Source: Allobaculum fili (GTDB lineage Bacteria > Bacillota_I > Bacilli_A > Erysipelotrichales > Erysipelotrichaceae). Taken from it: a stretch of 32,000 nucleotides of DNA. A program made the position numbers and the translations under genes. Below the pieces are notes generated by a model. The model saw nothing but the letters and a program-made list of their open reading frames with translations, was not told where the DNA came from and searched no databases. The stretch covers positions 1-32,000 of the forward strand of contig NZ_JAHDSX010000005.1 in the NCBI RefSeq assembly GCF_020969955.1, given 5' to 3'. This document shows, piece by piece, positions 24,501 through 32,000 of this stretch. Every line of letters starts with the position of its first letter. Within the stretch, counting starts at the first letter, position 1.

Positions 24501-27340
24501 ATCGCATTGACCGCATCCTGCAGAGCGTCGGTATCGAGCACTTTCGAAATTTCGATGAAAGCGAGCGTCGGGTCGGGCTGGCCGGACTGCTTTCTAATGA
24601 CAAGAATCGAATCACTGTCGCCGGAAACTGTGGCCCGACCGGTGAAGGTATTCCAGTTGTTGCCGCCGTTCCAGGTGTTGGACGAACCGAGTTTTGTTTC
24701 GGTATCGCCCTGCTTCATATAAATATCCATCTTTCGGCTGGACGTTGAATCTTTCCACCATTCCTTAAAGCCAAGGCGGATCGAATACGTGCCGGCTTTG
24801 AGCGGGAACGCGTACTGAATGGCCTGATTGTTATAGGCGTACCAGCCGGAATCGTAGCTGTCATTCACGCTTGAGCTGCTGTGTTTGCCAAGATCCTCGA
24901 CGTAGCCCCATGTCTTTCCGTTTTCCGGATCATATTTCTGATCATAAGTCTCGTTGAGGATATGGCTGGTTTCTACGGCTTTGGAATAGCGCGGGGAGCC
25001 GGCGTTGTTGCAGTCGACTACCCAGGAAAGCAGCGGAGAAACCGTTTCGATTTTGCAGGAAGCTTTGATCGCTGTGCCGCTGACGGTGCCTTCCAGCGTT
25101 CCGTTCGAGCTGAGAGACTTGCCTTCGGTATCCCATACGACGGTTTCTTCCGTCGTTGTATCGTCAGACCAGTTTGCCGAAACGGTCTGCGGCAGACGGG
25201 CATCAAAGCCGGACGGTGTATATACGGTCACGGAATCGAGACCGATAATCGTCGCGCCGACGGGTGTTACCCGCACGCCGCATTTGGCCATGAGGCCGCC
25301 GTCTTCTGTGACGGCACGGATAGTCGTTCCGCCTTTGGCTACAGCTGTGATTTTTCCGTTTTCATCGACGGTCGCAGCGGCCGGGTTCGACGAAGTGAAG
25401 GTGACCTTTTTATTGGTCGCATTTTCCGGTGTGATCGTCACCTGCAAAGAATACGTATCGCCCGGATGGAGATCGAGTTCATCCTTGTCGAGAGCAATGC
25501 CGGTCACTTCCGGTGTCTCCGGTGTAGAGGCGAACACGAGTTTTACACCCTGGTCATTGGACGATTCGTTCGATCCAATGTGCAGGCGCGTACCGTTTTT
25601 CGTTGCGATCGCAAACGTGATTTCTGTGACATCCGGATTTTTCTCGAGATACTTCTGAATCAGTGTGCCGACCGGGATACGAACTTCCGTATCCGTATCA
25701 TCCACCGAGAACGTTTCTGATTCGGCTTTGCCAAGATCCTGGTCTACCGCCGGCTGGTTGTACCATGTCACGGCGTTTTCTACGGAGGTGCTTCCGCCGC
25801 CGTTATCGGTTCCATCGCCGGCGACCCAGTTCGAGTCCGCCACAGCCGCCTGCAGCACTTCTTCTGTGGCGCTTCCTGCATGTCTGGACTGATAAATGAT
25901 CGAAAGATCCGCATCGATCCTGGAAAGATCGGAAGGCAGAGTGTTTTGATCTAACGCATAGCGAACGAAAGCAATTTTGCAGTCGTAATCGGAATTGGGT
26001 CGTTCGCCTTCGCCAAGCAGGCCCTGCGAAGCGTTGCCCTGAACCTGAAGGAAGGCTTCGGAACCATAGTTCTTTCCGGCTTCCTCACCCCAGGACTGAA
26101 TATGGGTATCCGACTGAGCCGCAAGACCTTTGCGGTTTGTCGAAGCCGGGGTATATTCATCGGTTTTCGCAAATTCAGCGAGCGCTTTTCCGTTGTAGGG
26201 AATAACGATAACCTTGCTTCCGTGTTCATCGTTGCCGCGGTCATCGTCCTTTTCAGAGTCAATAACGGCCAGCGTCATGGCTTTGAGCGTCCCGTCTTCA
26301 ATGTAGACGCCCGGACGTTCCAGTTTGGTCCAGGAGTTTTTCGTTCCATCGGTGTACTGCAGATGCTGAGCCATCGTTTCGGCGCTGTAGGCTGTACCCG
26401 TATGCAGAGTCCAGTCCTGAACGCCGTCGTAGCTCGTCAGATAGTAGGCATACTTTTCCTGCCAGTTGTTTACAACAATGTGATACATGCCGTCGGAATA
26501 CCAGAGAACCGGGTCTTCCAGCGCGCTCGTGTTCATTCCCGGAATGTCCCACCACAGTTTCTGACGCTGCGTCGTCCAAGGACCGCGTACCGAAGCAGCA
26601 GTGGCAATATCACCGTCACGGCCGGTCGCCAGATACGTGCCGTCCGGACGCTGGGTAATGGTAACGTTGCTCAGACGGAACTTGCCGTCGGTCTCCATGA
26701 TTCCGACGTGTTCCCATGGTCCGTCGAGCGATTTGGAAATATGAATGGATCCGTTCATCTGATCGCCGTGCAGACCGGTATCGCTGACGGAAATCGCGTA
26801 GCGATAGCCTTCCTTATAGGCTGGATCCGTTTTGGAAATTTCAAAAGCGAAGACGTTATGACCGGCGCCTTCGTAGTAATCCGGCCAGAGCATGCCCTGA
26901 TCGGTATACGGGCCTTCCAGATTGTCGCTGGTCGCATAGACCGCTACCGATCCGCCCCAGCCGCTGTGGCCGTTGGCCTGATCCCAGCGGGAGGCGAACA
27001 TGTAGTATTTATCCTTGCCCGTTTCGGCATCCGTTCCCTTAAGGATGGTGCCGTCCCAGTAGCAGTAGTTCGCCAGGGTGCGGTCTTCCAGACCGTTGTC
27101 CTGGTCGCGTTTTCCGACCAGAGGAACGCCCCAGACATCGTCTTTGAGTTCGCTCAGAATGGTCATCGGCATGAAGCCGTCGACAAATGAGGCCATTTTT
27201 GTCGTTTCCTGCGAACCGTCGTCGGATGCGTCATTTTGCGCGGGAGCGGGGGAACTCTGCGCAAGAATCGACATCGGCGTACCAGCCATCAGCAGTGCAG
27301 CAAGCAGACAGCTCGTTCCTTTTCGAAAAGATTTGTGCAT
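21518..27340 (-). CDS. 1,940-aa secreted multidomain glycosidase: N-terminal beta-propeller GH-like module, carbohydrate-binding / Ig-like (Big_2) modules, GH43 subfamily-24-like module (exo-beta-1,3-galactanase type), C-terminal FIVAR-like repeats
   Basis: The signal peptide is MHKSFRKGTSCLLAALLMAGTPMSILA. The Big_2-like block reads VTGIALDKDELDLHPGDTYSLQVTITPENATNKKVTFTSSNPAAATVDENGKITAVAKG. GH43_24-type motifs are NYIQAHGGQ (nt 23489-23509), MERPKVIYNEDTGKYVMWF, VRDMNLFQDEDG and SREAPAMFKYDGKYYLMTSGCTGW. Four FIVAR-like helical repeats lie at the C-terminus. Confidence 0.88.
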   Translation of the reverse strand: MHKSFRKGTSCLLAALLMAGTPMSILAQSSPAPAQNDASDDGSQETTKMASFVDGFMPMTILSELKDDVWGVPLVGKRDQDNGLEDRTLANYCYWDGTILKGTDAETGKDKYYMFASRWDQANGHSGWGGSVAVYATSDNLEGPYTDQGMLWPDYYEGAGHNVFAFEISKTDPAYKEGYRYAISVSDTGLHGDQMNGSIHISKSLDGPWEHVGIMETDGKFRLSNVTITQRPDGTYLATGRDGDIATAASVRGPWTTQRQKLWWDIPGMNTSALEDPVLWYSDGMYHIVVNNWQEKYAYYLTSYDGVQDWTLHTGTAYSAETMAQHLQYTDGTKNSWTKLERPGVYIEDGTLKAMTLAVIDSEKDDDRGNDEHGSKVIVIPYNGKALAEFAKTDEYTPASTNRKGLAAQSDTHIQSWGEEAGKNYGSEAFLQVQGNASQGLLGEGERPNSDYDCKIAFVRYALDQNTLPSDLSRIDADLSIIYQSRHAGSATEEVLQAAVADSNWVAGDGTDNGGGSTSVENAVTWYNQPAVDQDLGKAESETFSVDDTDTEVRIPVGTLIQKYLEKNPDVTEITFAIATKNGTRLHIGSNESSNDQGVKLVFASTPETPEVTGIALDKDELDLHPGDTYSLQVTITPENATNKKVTFTSSNPAAATVDENGKITAVAKGGTTIRAVTEDGGLMAKCGVRVTPVGATIIGLDSVTVYTPSGFDARLPQTVSANWSDDTTTEETVVWDTEGKSLSSNGTLEGTVSGTAIKASCKIETVSPLLSWVVDCNNAGSPRYSKAVETSHILNETYDQKYDPENGKTWGYVEDLGKHSSSSVNDSYDSGWYAYNNQAIQYAFPLKAGTYSIRLGFKEWWKDSTSSRKMDIYMKQGDTETKLGSSNTWNGGNNWNTFTGRATVSGDSDSILVIRKQSGQPDPTLAFIEISKVLDTDALQDAVNAIKGLDLSKASAADIKVLGDLHQSALDALRNPETTQKGVDDLTKSLTDKIQDITNPAKTWTEQEIQANDGILYVFNAGTTDPSVTPSNIKRGLYQSSVSQKLKTDTLTGLKWGLEEDGVHSISAAGGNSTSLEDSYLYTSDSIDYVSGESGFKFSFELPERVNDDYTVTLGFKNPWDTRPVDVVLEDQTVKSGLTLTKGQLVEQTWDVTVNDGELNVFVHNPNRTSQYADPLISYVIVKATPEWTSETLSALLAKQAEDMTDRTFGKDSLDAYNAQKAEAQALITKEGATQEELRDMYRAMEKAYDSLKETFTYTSFGGDSNRAWVDNNGNYIQAHGGQVQKLKIDGQEKWAWYGEDRASGYTPMAGVHLYTSDDLYNWTDEGVVLRTVPVSSEDYGKDQNEGYKADYSIFETDPYFSALYGDCGDQEPDDPQYENKAEETYWNLANDRSVMERPKVIYNEDTGKYVMWFHSDGRTPSSGGSYGRARAGIAVSDSATGPFKLVSTVRLYAAEHVSDHGSDGTGGAVRDMNLFQDEDGTAYVIYSSDMNATMYIARLNDAYTGLAKDRTGGVDGTGLSAEEVAATDYTRNFINSSREAPAMFKYDGKYYLMTSGCTGWDPNQAQYAMADHPLGPWTVVGDPCVNDTSKTTFHTQSTCFIPVDLENGKFIYMGDRWTRSSLGTSGYVWLPVEIGKDGKMSIRSATNWTLEDLKASAKLSFTALDAQIQIAQAKNEADYTPASWAAFKAVLDEVVAGRDALSTQTDINAAKARLEQAIEGLVAKSSLNVDALSTAIVSADKLIRSDYIGATDWDAFDETLASARTALENKNSQDEIDAAAKALNDAMDALVTKASLNTTALSAAIDRAEKLDRDSYVDTTDWAALDQKVNAAKKALSDKNSQADLDAAAKTLNDALNALEKKAVLDYTLIDQILAKANALRTADFGKAGQDTIAALKAKALETKDAADDQAKLDASCITLNRALLALRKTPSSANLPK

Positions 27341-27722
27341 AAATTTCCTTTCCTTATGGTGATGCGGTCGTGTCCTGACCCTCCCGTGCTGCCAAAACCT
27401 GGTTTCGATTCCGGCAGGCCAGACGGCAGGACAGACTTTCTCAGTTTTACTAAAACCGCTGTACCTTTACGCTATTCCGAAAGCGCTTTCGGATCAAGTC
27501 ACATTTTTCGTCGAATTCGAAAACGCGTGTGTTTTTCTGTAAATTGGGCAAAAAGCAAAAATGCACAGGATAAAAATCGATCATAACCTTTATGTATCGC
27601 ACAAAAAGGACAAATCTATCCCTTCTCTTTACGCGCGGCGATCCCGACATCTCTTTTGGCATCGACTAAAAATCCAGTAAATCAGCAGGTAAAATATGGT
27701 AAACAATCCCAGAGGCGCATGG

Positions 27723-27765
27723 AAAAAGGCGGCTCGTTTCTGTTCGAAAACAGAGGCGAGCCGCC
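27723..27765 (-). terminator. intrinsic terminator of the MATE gene
   Basis: GGCGGCTCG (27728-27736) pairs with CGAGCCGCC (27757-27765). The A5 at 27723-27727 gives UUUUU on the minus strand. Confidence 0.7.
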
Positions 27766-27847
27766 TGAATTTCTGGAAAGAGAAATAAAGCAGAATAGGA
27801 AATCTATGGAGAACAGGAATTCCGGCCAAACGATCTGAGCTATGTCC

Positions 27848-29206
27848 TTATTCCAAAGCCTTGCCGTGCGGACGATCCCAGTAGCCGTAGCGCGGATTCA
27901 TCTTCCACAAATACCAGAAGGCGACAATGGCGGACAGGCCTTCCGCAACCGGCGATGCCAGCCATACACCCTCAAGCTTGAAGAGAAACGGAAGTCCGAG
28001 AATGCAGGCCGTCTGAAAGAAGAACGTACGCGTCAGCGAAAGAATCGCAGAAACGACTCCGTTATTGAGAGACGTGAAGAAGCCCGACATCAAAATGTTG
28101 AAACCCGTAAACAGGAAGCTGAACGCGTAAATGCGAATCGCGTGAATCGTCAGATTCATCAGCGTCGGCGAATAGGAAACGAAAACCATGCTCAGCTGGC
28201 GGGCGAACACTTCTGCGCCTGCAAAAACGAGCAGACTGCCGACGATCGTGATTTTCATGGAAATGCCCAGCAGGTTTTTGAGTTCCTTATGATTTTGCGC
28301 CCCGTACTGATAACCGATGCAGGGACCAACGGACATCGTGCAGCCGAAGAAGACGGCAGTACAAAGAAACGTGATGTACTGAATGACGCCATACGCGTTG
28401 ACGCCGTCCGATCCGATCAGCCGCATCAGCTGCCCGTTATACAGCATGAGTACAAAGGAAGCCGAAAGGTTGGTGACCATTTCGCTCATGCCGTTAAAGC
28501 ACGACTGCCCAAGCGCCTTCAAGCGCCAGGAAAAGCGGACGAAATGAATCGGCGCTTCCTTATGCCGGAAAAACCAGATCAGCGGAATGATGGAACTGGT
28601 AATCCAGTTGATCGCCGTAGCCGCCGCGGCGCCGAAAATGCCCATGTGTCCCCAGCCGATCAGGGCAAAATCCAGAACCATGTTGGAAATGCCGCCAAAC
28701 AGCGTAATCGCCAGTCCCAGTTTCTGCTTGCCCGCCGTTACGAGGAAAGACTGAAACGACGTATGGAGAAAGAAGAACGCCTGAACGGCAATAAGCGGAG
28801 CCCCATACAAAATACAGTCGGCCATCAGCTCATCGGTCGCACCCAGAAGGCGGCTGATCGGTTCCAGAAAGACCAGGGTAACGGCCGCAACCACAATGCC
28901 GACCAGCACTTCAAATACGATCAGCATCGAAAAGTATTCACACGCCAGCTGCTGCTTGCCCTCGCCAAGCGTCTTGGAGATGAGCGCGTTGCCGCCGCTG
29001 CCGATCATGAAGCCAAACGCACCAAGCATCCCGACCGCCGGCCAGATCAGGTTGAGGGAGGAAAAGGCCTGATCGCCGACCAGGTTGGAAACCGCCAGAC
29101 CATCCACAATGGTATACAGCGAAGTAAACACCATCATCACCATGCTCGGTAAAGCAAACCGTAAAATCTTCGGCAAGGTAAAGTGATCCGCAATTGTCAT
29201 TTTCAT
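27848..29206 (-). CDS. MATE-family multidrug/toxic-compound efflux transporter
   Basis: The 452-aa product from the ATG at 29206 (AGGAGG 9 nt upstream) has ~12 TM helices and the typical MATE N-terminus …ILRFALPSMVMMVFTSLYTIVDGLAVSNLVG. The 59-aa N-terminal extension in the ORF track is unsupported. Confidence 0.85.
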   Translation of the reverse strand: MKMTIADHFTLPKILRFALPSMVMMVFTSLYTIVDGLAVSNLVGDQAFSSLNLIWPAVGMLGAFGFMIGSGGNALISKTLGEGKQQLACEYFSMLIVFEVLVGIVVAAVTLVFLEPISRLLGATDELMADCILYGAPLIAVQAFFFLHTSFQSFLVTAGKQKLGLAITLFGGISNMVLDFALIGWGHMGIFGAAAATAINWITSSIIPLIWFFRHKEAPIHFVRFSWRLKALGQSCFNGMSEMVTNLSASFVLMLYNGQLMRLIGSDGVNAYGVIQYITFLCTAVFFGCTMSVGPCIGYQYGAQNHKELKNLLGISMKITIVGSLLVFAGAEVFARQLSMVFVSYSPTLMNLTIHAIRIYAFSFLFTGFNILMSGFFTSLNNGVVSAILSLTRTFFFQTACILGLPFLFKLEGVWLASPVAEGLSAIVAFWYLWKMNPRYGYWDRPHGKALE

Positions 29207-29305
29207 CCTCTGTCCCCTCCTTCTTTCCGGCTCGATGCATCGAAGCAGAATGCCCGATCGAGCCTTATCTTTCGGATTTTTTAATCTTTTTTGCGCGTGG
29301 CTATA

Positions 29306-29334
29306 TTTATAGCATGCATAAAAATTCTCTTCAA
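29306..29334 (-). promoter_or_regulatory. candidate promoter of the MATE gene
   Basis: Read on the minus strand: -35 TTGAAG (29334-29329), a 17-nt spacer, and -10 TATAAA (29311-29306). An 8-bp-stem hairpin (GGCTCGAT…ATCGAGCC, ~29231-29265) lies in the resulting 5' UTR. Confidence 0.35.
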
Positions 29335-29381
29335 CTCCCGCATTCCGACCGACTGTCTCTGTCCTGCAGGTTGCGCACCGC

Positions 29382-29407
29382 AAAAAAGCACCTGGATTTC
29401 CAGGTGC
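29382..29407 (-). terminator. intrinsic terminator of the aminotransferase gene
   Basis: GCACCTGG (29388-29395), loop attt, CCAGGTGC (29400-29407). The A6 at 29382-29387 gives UUUUUU on the minus strand. Confidence 0.7.
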
Positions 29408-29450
29408 TTAAAGACGTTCTTTCTGTTTATTCATTCCCTCTCCGCGTGTC

Positions 29451-30620
29451 TTAACGGAAAAGGCCCGACTCGGCAATCCGCCATGCAGCTTCCTTTACTT
29501 CCTCATCCGAACGAACGAGGGCGAAACGCACGAAGCGCTCCCCTTCCTTGCCAAAGCTGGTTCCCGCATTGACCAGAACGCCCGTCTGTTCCAGAAGAAC
29601 GTTCAGGAATTCGGAAGAATCCACATAGCGATCCGGAATGGGTGCCCAGACAAACATCGTCGATTTCACGGGATCGATGGCCCAGCCCGCTTTGCCAAAT
29701 TCGTCGATGAGCAGTTCGGCCCGGCGCTTGTATTCCGCGCAGACTTGCCGCGAGAAATCCCCGGACTGTTTCAGAGCCGCAATGGCGCCCTGATGAATCG
29801 GCGCAAAGCTCTGAAAATCGATGGTGTTAAGCAGCTTGGCGTACGGTTCGATCAGATCCTTATTGCCGACCATGACCGCCATGCGCGCGCCGCCCATCGA
29901 ATAGGCTTTGGAAAAGGAATTCAGTTCAATGCCGATTTCCATGGCTCCGGGATACGCCAGAAAGCTTTTGCCCGGTTCGCCGTCAAAAATCAGTTCGCTG
30001 TAGGCGTTGTCGTGGACCACGATGATGTCGTTGCGGGTGGCAAAATCGACCAGCTTCTCATAAAAGGCGTCGTTGGCGACGGCACCGGTCGGATTGTTTG
30101 GATAGGAAACGACCATCATGCGCGCCCGCTTTGCGACATCCTGCGGGATCGCGTCAAAATCGATCAGATAATCGTTTTCCCGTTTCATCGGCATGTAGTA
30201 CACGTCCGCACCGGCAAGAGAAGGCGCGGTACGGTAAATCGGGTAGCAGGGATCCGGAAGCAAAACCAGATCGCCCGGATCGCATAACGCCATCGGGATA
30301 TGACTAAGCGCTTCCTGGCTGCCTTTCAGCGGGAAAATTTCTTCCGCTTCCAGCGAAACGCCATAGCGGCTGGCATACCATTCCTGCACGGCTTCAAGCA
30401 GATCGGCACGGGGCGAGAGCGAATACTGATAATTGTCATCGTCCAGGCACGCGTTCGCGATGGCCTGCTTTACCGCGTCGCAGGGCGGAATATTGGAAGA
30501 TCCGATCGAAAAATCTATGACGGAATTTCCCGTTCTTGCCGTATAGGCTTCCTTAGCCGCAAACAGATCCGAAAACGACGGAGCGCTGATCTCTTTTACG
30601 CGGCGTGCTCCATATTTCAT
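29451..30620 (-). CDS. PLP-dependent aminotransferase, class I/II fold
   Basis: The translation has …VVSYPNNPTG…, …NSFSKAYSMGGARMA… (PLP lysine) and …RFALV…. I prefer the ATG at 30620 (GGAGG 8 nt upstream) over the GTG at 30635, which lies inside the SD. Confidence 0.85.
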   Translation of the reverse strand: MKYGARRVKEISAPSFSDLFAAKEAYTARTGNSVIDFSIGSSNIPPCDAVKQAIANACLDDDNYQYSLSPRADLLEAVQEWYASRYGVSLEAEEIFPLKGSQEALSHIPMALCDPGDLVLLPDPCYPIYRTAPSLAGADVYYMPMKRENDYLIDFDAIPQDVAKRARMMVVSYPNNPTGAVANDAFYEKLVDFATRNDIIVVHDNAYSELIFDGEPGKSFLAYPGAMEIGIELNSFSKAYSMGGARMAVMVGNKDLIEPYAKLLNTIDFQSFAPIHQGAIAALKQSGDFSRQVCAEYKRRAELLIDEFGKAGWAIDPVKSTMFVWAPIPDRYVDSSEFLNVLLEQTGVLVNAGTSFGKEGERFVRFALVRSDEEVKEAAWRIAESGLFR

Positions 30621-30895
30621 AGACATATCCTCCACTTTGAAAACTCATTATAGAGAGTTTGCCTCCCGCCGGCGTCGGCCCGGCGGGAATTTCTCCAAAT
30701 TTCGCCCCATCCCGCTCAAAAACTCCCTGAAAAAAGCGTTTTCGATCTGTGTTCCGTTCGGCCTTTCGACTCTGTCTTTTGACGTCGTCTGAACTCTGTA
30801 TGTGTAAAACGAGAACCGAAAGCTGCTGGCAGAGAACAGGATGCAAAGCATCGGAAACCGAGAACGGGCGCGCAGGGCGAATGTACAAAGACCGG

Positions 30896-32000
30896 CTAAA
30901 ACTTTGTGTTCAGCTTTCCGTTGACCATCGTGCCCAGTACCTCTGGACGGCTTGTCTCGGTCCATTCCTGATCCAGGAACGTCAGATCGGCCAGAAAACC
31001 CGGTTCGATTTTTCCCAGCTCGTTTTCCTGATGGGACATATAGGCGCTTTCTTCGGTTACGGCCGATCGAATTTCGTCCATCGTCAGCGCATCGGGCATA
31101 TGCAGGGCCCAATAGGCATTTTCAAACACATCGCAGTCTTCAATCGGGCAGTCGGTCCCCATGGACAGGTGCGTACCGCGCTTGAGCGTTCCAAACGCGT
31201 AGCTGGTCGCAGCCTTTTCTTTTCCGACCCGCGATTCAACGACCGCCTGATCCGCTTTCCAGAATACCGGCTGCGCGTAAACGCAGATGTGCTGGTCGAT
31301 CAGCCGCTGTACCAGATCGGCATCAGTAATCTGCACGTGCAAAATGCCCCAGCGAAGCGTATTTTCGGCATCCTGATAGCGCGCAAAGACATCGAGAATC
31401 TGGCGAATGGCCTGATCGCCGATCGCATGAAAGACAACCGGCCGGTCCAGTTCCTTGCACGAACGGACGAAGGCGTCCATCGCGGCTTCATCCATCGTAC
31501 GGATGCCGCGATTGCCCGGATCGTCCGCATAGTCTTCCTGCATCCAGGCCGTTCGTCCGCCCAGCGCTCCATCCGCGAAGCCCTTGAACGGACCGTACGT
31601 ATGCGTCGGAGTGCGATACGCTTCAAACGCGCCCATGAATTCGCGCATTTCTTTTGGATCGTTGATGTTGACCTGATGATGAATCCGGATTTTTTCAGAC
31701 GCTTTTTTATAGAGCGGCAGGCGGCGTCTCCAGTTTCCGCTTTTCAAATCCGCCGGCTGCACCGCGGTCAGCCCCTTTTCCAGGCAGTGATCGACGGCTG
31801 CGTTGAGCTGTTCTTCTTCGTTTTCTTCGAGCAGCTTCATAAAAGGGAGGCAATCGTCCTCGCTGAAAATGCCGTCTTCTTTCCAGCAGCCGGCTTTTTG
31901 CATCGCCGCGCTGTTGGCCGTAAGAATGTGCGTACAGGAGCGTTCGATGACAATCGGTATGTCGGCGCTGACGGCGTCGAGATCCGTTCGGGTCGGCATC
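30896..32000 (-). CDS. metal-dependent amidohydrolase (Amidohydro_3 / YtcJ-like), N-terminus beyond the window
   Basis: The translation has …VVFHAIGDQAIRQILD… (nt ~31411-31437), …GTDCPIED… and a C-terminal …VLGTMVNGK. The reading frame is open to the window edge, and family members are longer at the N-terminus. Confidence 0.8.
   Translation of the reverse strand, partial: MPTRTDLDAVSADIPIVIERSCTHILTANSAAMQKAGCWKEDGIFSEDDCLPFMKLLEENEEEQLNAAVDHCLEKGLTAVQPADLKSGNWRRRLPLYKKASEKIRIHHQVNINDPKEMREFMGAFEAYRTPTHTYGPFKGFADGALGGRTAWMQEDYADDPGNRGIRTMDEAAMDAFVRSCKELDRPVVFHAIGDQAIRQILDVFARYQDAENTLRWGILHVQITDADLVQRLIDQHICVYAQPVFWKADQAVVESRVGKEKAATSYAFGTLKRGTHLSMGTDCPIEDCDVFENAYWALHMPDALTMDEIRSAVTEESAYMSHQENELGKIEPGFLADLTFLDQEWTETSRPEVLGTMVNGKLNTKF

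Noticed and set aside
22547-24748. A 733-aa ORF on the plus strand, antisense to the GH43 gene.
   Set aside because: It lies entirely inside a gene with clear domain content on the other strand. Its translation is Arg/Gly/Val/Ala-rich with no recognisable motifs, no RBS and no signal of its own. It is a typical shadow ORF produced by codon bias in a GC-rich gene. The same reasoning applies to 24881-25720, 25005-25658 and 26102-27190.
27842-29152. A 436-aa plus-strand ORF antisense to the MATE gene, extremely basic and R/K/Q/N/E-rich.
   Set aside because: It is the complement of a hydrophobic membrane-protein gene, which automatically yields charged low-complexity sequence. It has no RBS, and the MATE reading is unambiguous.
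1-32000. Mobile element, prophage, integron or defence island signatures.
   Set aside because: No transposase, integrase, recombinase, restriction, Cas, nuclease or NTPase-type ORFs were seen, and I noticed no long terminal inverted or direct repeats. Composition looks uniform across the window by eye. I cannot compute k-mer or GC statistics here.

Overview
This 32-kb chromosomal segment looks like it comes from a Gram-positive anaerobe of the Clostridia type. That taxon call is inference only, based on AGGAG-type ribosome binding sites (RBS), an ECF-type ThiT, hairpin plus U-tract terminators and FIVAR-tailed secreted glycosidases. I can support 17 protein-coding genes. I saw no rRNA, tRNA, CRISPR array, transposase, integrase or phage genes. 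Left to right the genes are: the thiamine/pyrimidine salvage operon thiD-thiT-tenA (+); sstT (-); two divergent membrane proteins of unknown function; a GNAT acetyltransferase (-); a secreted S1 serine protease with three C-terminal lectin-like repeats (-); a TetR regulator (+) divergent from an MMPL/RND-superfamily transporter (-) that is followed by a 1,091-aa secreted X-X-X-Leu-X-X-Gly heptad-repeat protein (-); YbaK-type deacylase (-); a GH33 sialidase (+) convergent with a 1,940-aa GH43-type multidomain glycosidase (-); a MATE efflux protein (-); a class I/II aminotransferase (-); and an amidohydrolase cut by the window edge (-). The TetR / MMPL / heptad-fibre unit is the most unusual part and my best candidate for an undescribed system. 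The fibre looks like the extracellular stalk of YhgE/Pip/YueB/EsaA proteins but is encoded as a free-standing secreted protein behind an RND-type pump, and two related palindromic operators sit in the divergent promoter. Other observations are lower value: short phased repeats, oddly oriented terminator-like hairpins, no recognisable TPP riboswitch, and a repeat/homopolymer tract at the tetR 3' end. All calls come from reading the translations and the DNA by eye. No searches were run, so family names are recognition from memory of conserved motifs.
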